Made by a program: the position numbers and the translations under genes. 64,000 nucleotides of DNA from an uncultured Pseudomonadota bacterium (GTDB lineage Bacteria > Vulcanimicrobiota > Vulcanimicrobiia > Eremiobacterales > Eremiobacteraceae). A model generated the notes under the pieces. The model saw only the letters and a program-made list of their open reading frames with translations, ran no database searches and was not told the DNA's origin. Shown piece after piece: positions 53,227 through 64,000 of this stretch. How positions within the stretch are numbered: position 1 is the first letter of the stretch; every line of letters begins with the position of its first letter. The stretch is from contig CAVTNB010000001.1 of the NCBI GenBank assembly GCA_963736005.1, positions 1,376,001 through 1,440,000 of the forward strand, read 5' to 3'.

Positions 53227-54724
53227 TTATCCGCAACGCCCAGCCTTGACGCTTGGGATAGAGGACGGCACATATCGGTAAGGCCCACTACCTAGTGCAA
53301 GTTGCGGACGGGCAATGACAAGCGACGTGCCTAGAGGATAGGTGCCATTTTCTGCCTCGAACCTGATGTTAATACATGTAGTCGCGGATTGCGCGGGCAA
53401 TGCAAAGGTGAGTCCTAGGTAACCTCGCCCGGGTTGGTATGCCTGCGCACCCTTCCAGCTTCCGTTCACTGCGCTGATGAACACATAAGGCGGCGTGCCT
53501 TGATCCGATGAACCGTCGATATCCGCTGTGAGCGATATGTCTTTCCGGGTTGCACGCGAGCGCGCACGGAGGCGCGGTCGCCGTAACCCGCGGGCTGCCC
53601 ATCACCATTGAGAACAATGGCCGACGCGCCGTCCGGATATACTCCATTTGCCTGATGCATCCGCCCAGCATAGGTCCAATACGGCGCTCGTCGAGCCTCA
53701 CTGTCCGGTATGAGATTGCCTCCGGGCGGCGCACTCAAGCCATCGCTTCCAACCCGATACGCGTGGGGGAAACTCCCCTGTTCCAGTTGGGGCTCAGCGA
53801 ACACGGCACTGGTTCCAATCGGGTACCTTCCGTTTTCCGGGTTGAAGGTGCCACGCAGGAACGTCGTGTGCGAGGTGGCCGGAATCACGAAGGTAGTAAA
53901 AATGCGCCCGCGACGCGTTTGAAAAAAGCTCGTGCCGGCCCAGCGACCGTTGCCAGCTTCTAACGTGACGAAGGGAGGGCTGCCCGCGTAGTCTGCACCA
54001 TCAACGTATGCCGAGAATGTGCAGGTCAAGCCGGGAGTCACTTGAGCGAGGAAGATAGCCGCATTGTTAAAGCCCGAGGGCTTGCCCGTGCCCGCGTACA
54101 CGGACGCCACGTTGCCATGGGGTCCTGCGGCAGTGAGACTTCATGGCTCCAACGAGAGTGCCAATAGTTGCGCGGAGTTCGAAGCTTCGCTGTTGATGAT
54201 CTCGATTGCCGCCAACTGGTCCATCAGTCCCAGACCGGATCGTTACTGTGGACTGTATGGGTTGGGCTTAATCCCCGATTTCACCACTTGCGGCTGGCGA
54301 GAGCGCAGCGCCGCGTCCTATAGGATAGGTGGCGTTTTCCGGGCTGGAAGATCCCTGGATCAGCGTCGTACGTGAGAGAAGACGGGAAGCGTAAATGCCA
54401 AAGATATCCGTCCCTTGCGCGGTTTGAAAGATTTTTTGGTGCCCGCCCAGCTCCCATTGACGGCGGAAAGCAGCACATACGGCGGTCCCTTACTACGTTA
54501 CCCGGGTTATCGACATACAGCAGGAAATCTATACGTCGCACCTGGATGAACGCGTGCCAAGAAGGCGGCGTCAGGCGTGTAAATCCGGATGCGCACCCCC
54601 GGTTCCGGGATAATCCAGTAACGCACTCGCGTTAGAGGACCAAGGCCAGCGCGTATTGCAAAGAAACGAGAAACGTTCCAACACTCTTGCGCATTTTAGA
54701 AGGCTTGCGCTGTCGCGGAAACAT
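53227..54724 (-). pseudogene. Exported protein with two tandem carbohydrate-binding-like beta-sandwich repeats; frameshifted
   Basis: Duplicated motifs PP(F/Y)V...NG.W.G...TF..PA...ENG.YP.GTS.V.A.PQL in ORFs 53466-54110 and 53227-53484; hydrophobic N-terminus near 54640-54690. Confidence 0.55.
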
Positions 54725-54878
54725 TCGTTCATAACTGAGGCGTTTGAGATGGCGCTGTACGACCTGACGACGCTGGCAAGCCAATGCACAAATCACCGCC
54801 GTGCGTGAGAGCAGGGTTTTCATCGGCACTGGGCAATGCTTACTTTGAGTACAAGTTGCGACTGTCCTTCGCAAATTG

Positions 54879-55638
54879 ATGAACACGTTGATCGAACAAA
54901 AATTATCCGTCTATCGTTCCCGCATACAACGAATCGAAGGCGATTCGCCCATAATGTGCGATCGATCATCGACGCGTTTGGTCGCCGTGCGCATCTGCGC
55001 TTGAAATCATCATTGTTGACGATGGGTAAGTAACGACGAGACTTGGCGTGCGGCTGCCAGCATACCGCAGCAGGCCAGAGTGGAGTCCGCGTTATCTCCG
55101 CTATGAGCGAAAACCAAGGCAAAGGGTTTGCGGTGACCTGCGGCGCTTCGTCACGCGACCGGGAGAATTCGTCGCCTTCCTTGATGCTGATCTCGACCTT
55201 CACCCAGATGGGATACTCCGGTTTCTTCGACATCTTTATTTGCACAAAAGGCCGATGCCGTGAGGTCGGCAGCAAGGTGGGCATCCAGCGTCGAGCGTCG
55301 ACTATCCGCGGTGGCGAAGAATTCTTGAGCCGAGGCTACTACGGCCTCGTCCGAGTTTCTCTTTGGACTGCCGCTTCGTTGACACGCAGGACCGGTTTGA
55401 AGCTCTTTCGAGCTCGCCTTCTTTGAGCGCGTCCTTCCCGTGCTTTCTCACCAAGCGTTTTGCCTTTGATATCGAGCTGCTCGCGGTTGCTCACCGCATG
55501 GGCTTTCGCGTTGTTGAAGGCCACCGGTGGAAGCTTCAATTTCAACGGAACATTCCGCGCCTGCGGCGATCCGACGTTTGGTTGGTGCTGGTCAACACAT
55601 TGGCTATATTCTATCGTGTCTACTTGCGGCGGCACTGA
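54879..55638 (+). pseudogene. GT2 polyprenyl-phosphate glycosyltransferase (DPM/DPG synthase-like); heavily frameshifted
   Basis: Fragments IVPAYNE, EIIIVDDG, FLDADLDLHP, RFAFDIELL. Confidence 0.8.
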
Positions 55639-55684
55639 GCAGATCGCCGACGCAAAAAGTTTTCACAGAGGATAGAAAGGCGTA

Positions 55685-56730
55685 ATGGAGATTCCGGCAC
55701 GCGCCGACCGATAACTCGGTGCGTGTACTGCTGCCTTTGCTGCCGGGACTTGGTGGATGCACTGACGGCGGGGCCAATCCTTGATGGCGTGGCCCACGCT
55801 GTGCGGCCGCGTCGATTTCCTTTGCGATGCTCGGACCTGTCGCGCTCAAATACGCTCGCGAAACTTCCAGTTGTCGATCGGGTGACAGTCTTTGACCTGA
55901 ACGCGGGGCCCCTTAGCTGCACTTCATGGCTGCCGTGTCTTTGCCCGCAACCGTTACGACTTGGCAATATTGCCCTTCCCAGCCACTCGCTGGCAATATC
56001 ACGCGCTAACCGCCGCAGTCAGAGCGCGTCGCGTCGCCACCCACGACTACGGCGGAGCAGCGAGAGCGCTGGATATGATGCAGCGAGCCCTGCTCGTACC
56101 GCTCGAGGGGGGCGTCGCGTAGCCGAAAACGCGCGATTGGCAAAGCGCCCGTGGGATTTGCGGGAGAGCTGCCGATACGTCATCCCGCTGGATTGGCGGG
56201 GCAAGGTGCAGCGCGGGTTGCTCGGCGTCCATACGGGAACGATGCGTTTACAAGGGAAATGAAGAAAGGCGATGGCCGATTGAGCAGTTTATCAAGCTGG
56301 TCGAGAAAAGTGTGATTCAGGCCATCAGGTTCGGATTTTCATCGGTCCTTGGGATAGTGAGGATGAAGCGGCGCTTACGGGCTTGAGAAACTCCCAATCA
56401 GTTGAGGTTATTCGTGAAGATCTGCGTCTGCCGCCTATCTCTTGAGCGAATGCGAAGTCTTCGTCGGAAACGATGCCGGCATTGCCCATCTTGCAGCCGC
56501 CCTTGGCGTCAAGACGGTGACGCTCTTCGGGATGCCTAAATCCATTCGCGCACAGCCGCTGGGCAGCAGCGTCGCGGTGCGCCCGTCTATGTCCACCCTG
56601 CCACGATGAGGGCATGAAAACGTTTCCATGCGTGCTGCGCATCGGTTATCGGTGCACCCGCGAGGATCTTAGTCGTGTCAGCTTGGGATGCCGTCGAAAG
56701 AGCTTTCTTAGACGAACCTGCATTATTTAT
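55685..56730 (+). pseudogene. GT9 (heptosyltransferase-like) glycosyltransferase; heavily frameshifted, end approximate
   Basis: FVGNDAGIAHLAAALGVKTVTLFG at about 56460-56531 matches the GT9 signature; N-terminal LPGL(G)DAL...P near 55735-55780. Confidence 0.75.
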
Positions 56731-59700
56731 GCCGCACATGTCCGGTCCGTATCGCCTCTACGGGCGGGAGCGTGAATCGAGCCGCGCGGCTGACCAGCAC
56801 GTGTCCACCGAACAGACGCCACGATGATGAACAGTGACAGCACGATCCAAACGAGCGCACAAAGCTCGGACGTTGTCTCGGGAGCGTAGAAGAGAACCAC
56901 CTCTGCATCGCCAGCCGGCAAGTACCAGCCGTTAAACACGCCGTTGACGACGACGTGCCTCGCGCTTATCGGTAAGCTCCGAAACCGCCACGCGTCGATG
57001 AGCGCTAAGCCTGAGAGCTTTGGCATGGAGGGCAGTCCCGAAAAAAGCCGCCACCCGGGAGCATGGCTCATCGGGAATACCAGCAGCCCACCGGCGCCTC
57101 GAACTTCGCAAACATACTCGCTAGGGGAAAGCTGGGCGAAATGCAGTGTTTCGCCGGCGACCGTCTTCGGCAGAGAAGGCGGGGTAACGAATATTGAAGT
57201 CGCTTTCATCGGTAGAGTTGGCTCGACGGAAATTGTGTGATTGCCAGCTGGAAGATTCAATGATCCGGTACTGCCTGATAGGATATCGCTCATCCGTACT
57301 TGGCGTAGGCTCTTAAGTGGCATTGGGTTTCCGTCGATCACCACCATCTGAGCGTCATGCTCGACGCGCAAGGCGCCGATCGCCGGATGGATGCGCGAGC
57401 ACAAAATCAGAAAGCTCGACTTCCTCGCCTTGCTCACTTGCGGAGCCTCCTTCTTGCAGATCGATCTGAATCTGTGAAGAGGCGGTCAGCCGGTTCCCCT
57501 GTAGAAGCCGAAACGTTTGACCTCTTCCAGATCGATCAGAAAGCGACGCCAGTGACCCGTTCTGCCATTGGCGACGTGTAGCGTATTTAATTGCCAGGCG
57601 GGGGGTAGGGGCAGATCGGGATCCGTCAACTTGGGGCGGCCCGCCGCCACAACAGTGATCGATGAAGCTGGACGATCGAGTGACGTGAACGTGAGGTTCA
57701 TACCTAAACTCGAACCTTCAGGGACGACCATCCAAAAAATGGCTTGCTTTGCACTACCATCGTCGATTGTCGGGATGCCGAATGAGTATTCTTCGTCTCG
57801 TGCTTGGTTTTGTTTGGGAACACGAAGAAAGAATCGTTTGCGCTCCACGATCGGATGGACTGGGAGCGATTTTGCGATGACCTTGATATTGGCGGTGCGG
57901 AGGTCAACGTAATGAAGCACAGCGTTCCACTTGAACTGCCGCTGACATCCATCCGCGCATCAATGAGCCGCGCAGTATGGATCGATCGGACAACATATGT
58001 CCAGCAAGAACCAGCCGCGTCGCTACCAGATCGTATTCGCTCGCCTCTGGCCGCAGGCCACCGTGGTCTGAGATCGATCGGTAGTATTGTTCCCGCGCCG
58101 CATCATCCCATGCGTCATCGAGCGCCAATTGCACGCCTTTGAAGATGTCCGCTGAATCCACCGTCGCAGACGACGGGATGGAGTGAACGAAATTAACACG
58201 TTGGCCGTCGCTTCTTCGCCGCAGCTCCAAGAAGAGCGCCATACGTATAGTTTGTAAAGGCGGTTCGGTACCGTATCGTAATCTCGGCCGCCACGTTAAC
58301 GGTATCTCGGTTGGTCTAAAGAGGACAAATGCACCTCCCGCTGTAATCGAGCGCGCGGCAACATCCTTTGCAGCAGACGTTCAATCCGTCATTGGACGCC
58401 TGCACGCGGGCATGCAACCGGTTTGCGGATGCTCGGCCGGTGCGCCGCTCCGCTTTGCCATACAATGACCGATCTGCGAATAGGAATGAATAGTTCGAGT
58501 CGCCGATTTGTCCCAGGTTAGTGGCTTCGGCACGTAGATGCAGAACGTCAACCCGGGCTCGAGATGTGCGCCCCACAGTGTGAACGGGCAGTATGTGCGT
58601 TGGCAACCGACCATTTCAATCGTTGAGCTTTCACCGGCTTGCCCAATCGTCGCCACAACGGTACGAATCATGGGATTTGCCGCCTTCATGGTTAGCTCAA
58701 TATTCGCATGAAGGGGCGATCCGCTCCAATTGATCGAGTTCGATGTCTGCGAGTTGGCCGGTCACGCCGAGCCACTCGGAATTTTGCGGCACATCATCAT
58801 ACGGGGCAGAGATCGTTCGAGGATCAGCAATTTCCACCGCGACCGGTGGCGTTGGAAGAAACAGATAGCCGGCACCGTCGTCGGCCTTAGCTCGCTGACG
58901 TAAACCATTCGTGATAGCTCGAGAGCTGATGGAAGGCTCTTTGTTCTCCACCAACCCAGGCCGCGACGCGCGCTGGAACCGGTCGTCGAGAATAATGAGG
59001 CTGACGCCGTCGGTAATCGTCGTCGGATCCGAAGCGAGCATCCAACCGCGAGCGCCTCCCGTGGGAGGATCATTCGCTGATAAGCGCAGCGGGTTGACGG
59101 GCCAGGCAAGTTGCCAGCCAGCGCGACGAGGTTTTCAGGGGATCCGATCGCGGTGATTGGTTCAGGAGCGAAGATGCGCGTCGCGCTGCCGGCGGATTCG
59201 AAGACAAAATGACATAGCCGCCAAACTTCGCGACTTCCCGGAGCCACGGACGCCCGCGAAAGAACTCGATGCTACTCCGCATATTGAGTGTCGAATGCGA
59301 AGGGACGGTACAATTCGCCGTTGTGGTCGTCGACGACGATGAGGTAGCGGACTGCCGCTTCCGCAAGAATTGCCGGAAGAATTGGCGACTCATAGCGGTG
59401 AAGCAACGCCAGCCAGGTAGGGAAAAGATCCGAGATGCCCCCGTCTTGCGGCGCGCTCTCGACGAGATAATCCGCAGGCACGATCAGGTGCGCGTTCGTG
59501 GCAACCAATTCCGGACGCAATGTCGGGAAGACCAGGGTCCGAAAGAATCCAGGTTGCTTTGTCGAGGAAGCGCTGCACATGCTACATCTGCCTGTGACAG
59601 GTGGATTGAAGAGAAATTTGAAAAGCGCATGCGGATTATATGCATCTCGCATGAGGATGCCCGTAACCGATGATGCAAAGGCCCGAGAGCGTAGGCGCAG

Positions 59701-60903
59701 CTACGCCTATTCGCTTTCCAAAGAGAAGTCGGGTCGCCGCAGCTACACGCTCAAACCCCAAAGCCAGCAGGAATGCGTATCCGAACGCGATGATCGACAT
59801 GAACTTTGAGATGTCACGAAAGAGCTTCATCCCGGGCAGATGCAAGAAGACGATTCATTGAACGAGCCAAAAGGCGAGTCGCGGCCCCGACGCGATGACA
59901 ATTCCAATCATCGCCGCAACCGCTAGCGGGATGGCCCAACCTTTACGACAACTCGAAAGAAGCGCGGCCCCGACGAGGATTGGCAACACCCAAAATGCGC
60001 GTTCAACCGGCGAGACCCGAAGGGATCTGTTCCTGCATGTGGTGATAAAAAGGATAAAAGAGCGACAGCGCATGTGAGATCGACTCGTAGGATGAGTCGG
60101 AAATGTAGTAGGCAAGCGTGTCGTAGCCGGCTGGAAGATGCGCCGGCGCAATCACCTGAGGCAATAGCCAGTAAGAGTTGAATCCAAAAAGCGAAACGCC
60201 CGTCCAGGCAAGTGTCCGGGGTAACGCCCCTAGTGATGCCCCGCGATGAGCCAACACCTCACGACCAACATAGAACGCGAACCAGATTCCGCACGGCACG
60301 AGTGTCACATACGCGTAGCGCAGATCGTACATGATCTGTAGGGTCAAAAGCGCGCCGAAGAACACGGCATCGAGCGCGAGTCGTCGTCGAAGCAGAGTTG
60401 TCCAGGCCAGCATGGCGAGGGGCATGAGAGCATATGCAACCGACCAGCCGATGTGCCCCCGCTGGACAAGACCAATTGTCCACGTATTGATAACATAAAC
60501 CGCCGACGCGATGCTTGCGGCCCAAGGCGATCTTGTTAAGTGGTACGCGAATGCGTACGGAGCGGCGACAGCACAAACGAAGAACGGCCAATACCACACC
60601 AAACGCTCGATGGTCGCAAAGGTGAGGCCCAATTTTGTCAGCGCCCGATCCAGCTCCGCAATGGGTAGGCGGGCAAAACGTTGCCGACGATAGGCCGAAG
60701 GCAAAACTTCCTTCCCACGCGTTACGCCAGGGGAGGTATGACGCGAGTACGTCGGGTGAGAATCGAAACCCATCGTCGCCGATCAAAAGCCCTGATCCGA
60801 ACCACGCGTGAAAGACGCTCGCGGCGAGGATGACGGGCAGCAGTACTGGCCAATGGCGGCGCAGCGTAAAAAGTACGCCGGGCCAAGAGCCCGAAACTTT
60901 CAC
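56727..60903 (-). pseudogene. Very large (~1400 codons) GT-C-like membrane protein, copy 3; many frameshifts
   Basis: GTG start overlaps the GT2 stop; fragments AVYVINTW...GH...YALMP, NSYWLLP, LFRDISKF, C-terminal LVFPMSHAPGW...HVVVNGVFNGW plus TM. Confidence 0.62.
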
Positions 60904-61735
60904 AGTCGCGATGTTGCACTCCATCTCGCGCAGACAAAGGAAATCAAAAGACCGACACCACCACAGCCGTGTTTGACAGTTTGCATGAGGGCAAAGCCGG
61001 CGGCTAGTATGGGGTGTCGTACGAACAGACGCAAGGTCGCGGTAGGTCGGACAAAGCGGATTCAGTTGCGCAATCGCTTTTGATCCGCTCTTTCGAAGAG
61101 ATCGTCCAAACGTGCGTCCGTAAAAATACGACTTGCGTGCGATCTCGCCAAGCGTTTTAGGCTCGCCCAGGTGCGTCTCGTCCGCCGCGATCCAAACAAT
61201 CTTATACCCGGCTGCCTCAAGCCGGTTGTTCGCATCGTAGTCCTCACCGGCGACAAGCGCTTCGTCGAATCCACCGATCGCCTCAAATGCCTCGCGGCGA
61301 AAAAACCGAGCGCCGGCAACGAGAGGTTCTCCTTGGTACATGCGGCGCTCAAAGTTGCGCACGGACGACCAAAAGCTCACGTTTGGATCAGAGCGGTTCG
61401 GCACGCATACCGCATCTGCGCCATGTTCGCAGGCTGCCTTCGCTTGTGCAACAACGCGTTCGTCGAGCACGAAGTCTGCGTCAACGCGGTAGAGAAACGC
61501 GCCGCTTGCTGCGCGAGAGCCAGCATTACATTGCGCGCTCCGCTCTGGACCAGCCTGGATCGTGACGTCCGCTATACCCTGGGCTAGTTCCCGCGTACCG
61601 TCGTCCGAGTAGTTATCCACAATGACGATTTCAATAGGTCGATATGATTGCGCGCGAAGGCTCGCAACGCGCATTGACGAAATGTGCGCTGTTCTTCGTC
61701 GGAATGATGATACTGACGAGTTGGCTGTCTCGCAT
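60900..61735 (-). CDS. GT2 glycosyltransferase (frameshifted)
   Basis: VSIIIPTKNS, EIVIVDNYSDDGT, GPERSAQ.N.G, VDADF, GGFDE...GEDYD. Confidence 0.85.
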
Positions 61736-61996
61736 GCAACATCGCCATTCTAGCGAGCTTTTGCAGCCCTCCTCTTTTGCGTCGCGGCGGCAGGGCCGCG
61801 TTCCCGAATCCAAGGAATGTGATGACAACCTTGCTGAGGCCGGCGCTATTTCTTACTCGCGATTCTTCGGTCGCTTCGCATGGGATTATCGCGCCTATAC
61901 GTCATTGCGGCTTCGTGGAACATCGGCGCGCGCGATTACACAAGCGTTGTCTGAATCTCAACCGCGGATGGTCGCGGACTGGGCCCACCTTGCGCG

Positions 61997-62671
61997 CTAG
62001 AGGTGTGACCCAGCCGCGATGCGGGGCAGCCCGTAGGCAAGGGCTGCCTCAACCGGGCCAAAAAACCACTCGACCGCCGCAGGCCATGGCAAGCCCAACC
62101 ACGTCCCGTGGATCTTAATCGTGGCGAAACCGTTGTTCCGCAAAGCGAGTTTGAGCAACCTGGTGGTGAAATCGCGTACGTGCGGCGAGCGGTAGCGCGC
62201 GCTCGCGTACGGCGGCAGGTTGAGCATACTCGTCGTCGACCAGGAGGCGACGGAGTTAACATTCGGCATGGTCAAAGAAGGTACCGTCAGCGTGCAAAAC
62301 GCGGTACACTCGCAGAGGAAGAAATCCGTGCGAACGGTGTGCTCGAGCGTTTCGCCCGCAAACACCACATCGAAGCTGGCGTCGTTGAACGGGAGACCAT
62401 CCGCGATGTCAGCGCAGCGCGCATCAATGCCTTTGATGCGTGCTTCGCGTACTGCTTGCGGCGAAATATCGATGCCGTGGAGCTCGAACGGCCGGAACAT
62501 TTCCGTGAGCGATTCGTCGGAACATCCGATGTCCAGTAGCTTGCCGGTTGGTATGCTCGCAAGCAGCTTCACCGCAATTTGCGTTCGACGCCGATTGGCG
62601 CGATGCACGAGCGAATCGCTGTGGTGCTCGTCGTAGAATCGCTGTTGCAAGGCCGACGGGTTGCCTTCCAT
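61997..62671 (-). CDS. Class I SAM methyltransferase (3' end possibly frameshifted)
   Basis: LLDIGC, LPFNDASFDVV.AGETLEH, MPN, HVRDFT. Confidence 0.83.
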   Translation of the reverse strand: MEGNPSALQQRFYDEHHSDSLVHRANRRRTQIAVKLLASIPTGKLLDIGCSDESLTEMFRPFELHGIDISPQAVREARIKGIDARCADIADGLPFNDASFDVVFAGETLEHTVRTDFFLCECTAFCTLTVPSLTMPNVNSVASWSTTSMLNLPPYASARYRSPHVRDFTTRLLKLALRNNGFATIKIHGTWLGLPWPAAVEWFFGPVEAALAYGLPRIAAGSHL

Positions 62672-62682
62672 GCGCACTCTGA

Positions 62683-63525
62683 GTGCGGCAAAAGATTGCA
62701 AACCCTGCTATCAAGTGTGAGAGCGGTGAGGCAAAGAACGTTGGCGAAAAATGGGAGGAGCGACAATTCACGGGAGGGGGTTTTGACTCTCTTGCCAATG
62801 GCCGCAACTGTGCGAAGCATCGTTCGTTCATTGGTCAGAAAATCTATCTCGCGTCCGATCGCGCCAATATCGACAACATCAAACATTTGGGCAAGCGGTT
62901 TGGCACTCCGAAGCGCGTACTCGACCTTGGTTGCGCCGATGGCAAGATCACGTTGGAGATTTGTCGCGCCATTGGAGCCCAGGACATTGTCGGGGTCGAA
63001 CGACATGAAGCAAGCCGTCTTGCCGCGTGCGATCGAGGCGTGCATGCCGTTGCCGCCGATCTCGACCGCAGCCTTCCGTTCGATGATAATTCGTTCGATC
63101 TCGTCCTGTCGAATCAGGTCATCGAGCATCTTTCAGAGACTGACAGGTTCGTCGAGGAGATCTATCGCGTGCTTGTACCAGGCGGTGTCGCCATTGTGTG
63201 GACCGAGAACATGGCGTCTTGGCATAATGTTGTCGCCCTGATTTTGGGCTTTGCTCCATTTTCGGCCGTTAACTACTCGACCCGTATCTATCCTTTGGGA
63301 AATCCACTCTCAATTCATCAGGGTGAAACGCTTGAGCTCCATGATGGCATGGTGCATCGGCGCATTTTCGCCACCACATCCATACGAGCATTGTTTGCCG
63401 GACATGGCTTCGACGTCCTCGGCCTGCTCGGGGCAGGCTACCATCCGCTACCACCCGCTCTCGGTCGCTTCGACGTGCGCCACGCGCACTTCATCACGAT
63501 CGCCGCAAGTAAGCCGCCCGCATGA
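62683..63525 (+). CDS. Class I SAM methyltransferase (true start probably downstream)
   Basis: VLDLGCADG, LPFDDNSFDLV.SNQVIEH, LVPGG, TEN.ASWHN. Confidence 0.87.
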   Translation: MRQKIANPAIKCESGEAKNVGEKWEERQFTGGGFDSLANGRNCAKHRSFIGQKIYLASDRANIDNIKHLGKRFGTPKRVLDLGCADGKITLEICRAIGAQDIVGVERHEASRLAACDRGVHAVAADLDRSLPFDDNSFDLVLSNQVIEHLSETDRFVEEIYRVLVPGGVAIVWTENMASWHNVVALILGFAPFSAVNYSTRIYPLGNPLSIHQGETLELHDGMVHRRIFATTSIRALFAGHGFDVLGLLGAGYHPLPPALGRFDVRHAHFITIAASKPPA

Positions 63526-63540
63526 CAAGTTGGAAGGCAT

Positions 63541-63582
63541 AAAATGGAAGCGGGGGGCCGTTTCGGGCTCCCCCGCTTTTGT
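63541..63582. terminator. Probable bidirectional intrinsic terminator
   Basis: AAGCGGGGGGCC-GTTTCG-GGCTCCCCCGCTTTT between convergent genes. Confidence 0.8.
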
Positions 63583-63598
63583 GCGCGATGATTGAGAA

Positions 63599-64000
63599 CT
63601 AGATGCGGGGCGAAGCGACTGCCTTGCGCTGTATCTGCTGACTGTGTATCTTGCCGTCCGCACCAAAGTGCGGTTCGTACATGTTTGTTTTGACGATCGT
63701 GTGGAGGTGGCCTCGCATGGCGAGGAGCTTCTGCGCTCTGTTGACCATGGGAGCCCGGTTCATTGCCATTGCTCGTGTTATTGCAGTGCGCGCTGGAAGG
63801 TTCACTGGTACCCTCGGAAGCCAGGACGCAGTTGTAGCGCGGCTCACAACGACCATCTTTGCCCTGCTTGACCGAGCGCTGGCGCGTAGATGTGGTAATC
63901 AAATGCTAACGAGTTGTGCCCGCCCTGCACTTCGCGCACGACGAAGCCATTCGGTCCCTTGCTTGCAACAAAGAGTCCCCGCGTGTCACCATCGGGAGTG
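63599..64000 (-). CDS. 3' end of a probable surface/fibre-like protein (partial, one frameshift)
   Basis: Manual translation TPDGDTRGLFVASKGPNGFVVREVQGGHNSLAFDYHIYA, joining ORF 63599-63856; resembles C-terminal domains of tail-fibre-like proteins. Confidence 0.55.

Noticed and set aside
60259..61674. GT2-membrane protein fusion suggested by the 471-aa ORF
   Set aside because: Produced by frameshifts; an alternative frame ends the GT2 at TGA 60900-60902, overlapping the next GTG start.

Overview
A GC-rich bacterial chromosomal window, probably from a diderm Terrabacteria lineage such as Eremiobacterota (inferred only from the style of the TonB receptor and the gene complement). 1-46 kb is mostly core genes: an ftsE-ftsX-M23-ctpA-ctpA-acs operon, acyl-CoA metabolism (two acyl-CoA dehydrogenases, hbd, sucCD, thioesterase), a TonB-dependent receptor, gmd/rmd, an ECF sigma/anti-sigma module, a probable diamine/omega-amino-acid catabolic operon, larC, an LptD-like protein, rfbD, nucleoside phosphorylases and murJ. 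About 46-64 kb is a cell-surface glycosylation island with three paralogous GT-C-like (AftD/YfhO-like) membrane proteins, four SAM methyltransferases, two GT2s, a GT9 and a tandem-CBM-like protein. It is heavily frameshifted, most likely from long-read indel errors. The most interesting non-coding signals are: (i) an unannotated ~170-nt structured RNA candidate with its own promoter and terminator (16899-17069, minus); (ii) at least four families of GTAG-type REP hairpins with compensatory changes, several of which supply stop codons or sit in-frame inside genes; (iii) a recurring SigH-like promoter motif with near-leaderless starts; (iv) a probable ATT/ATA start for the ECF sigma factor. No CRISPR array, rRNA, tRNA or transposase was seen.
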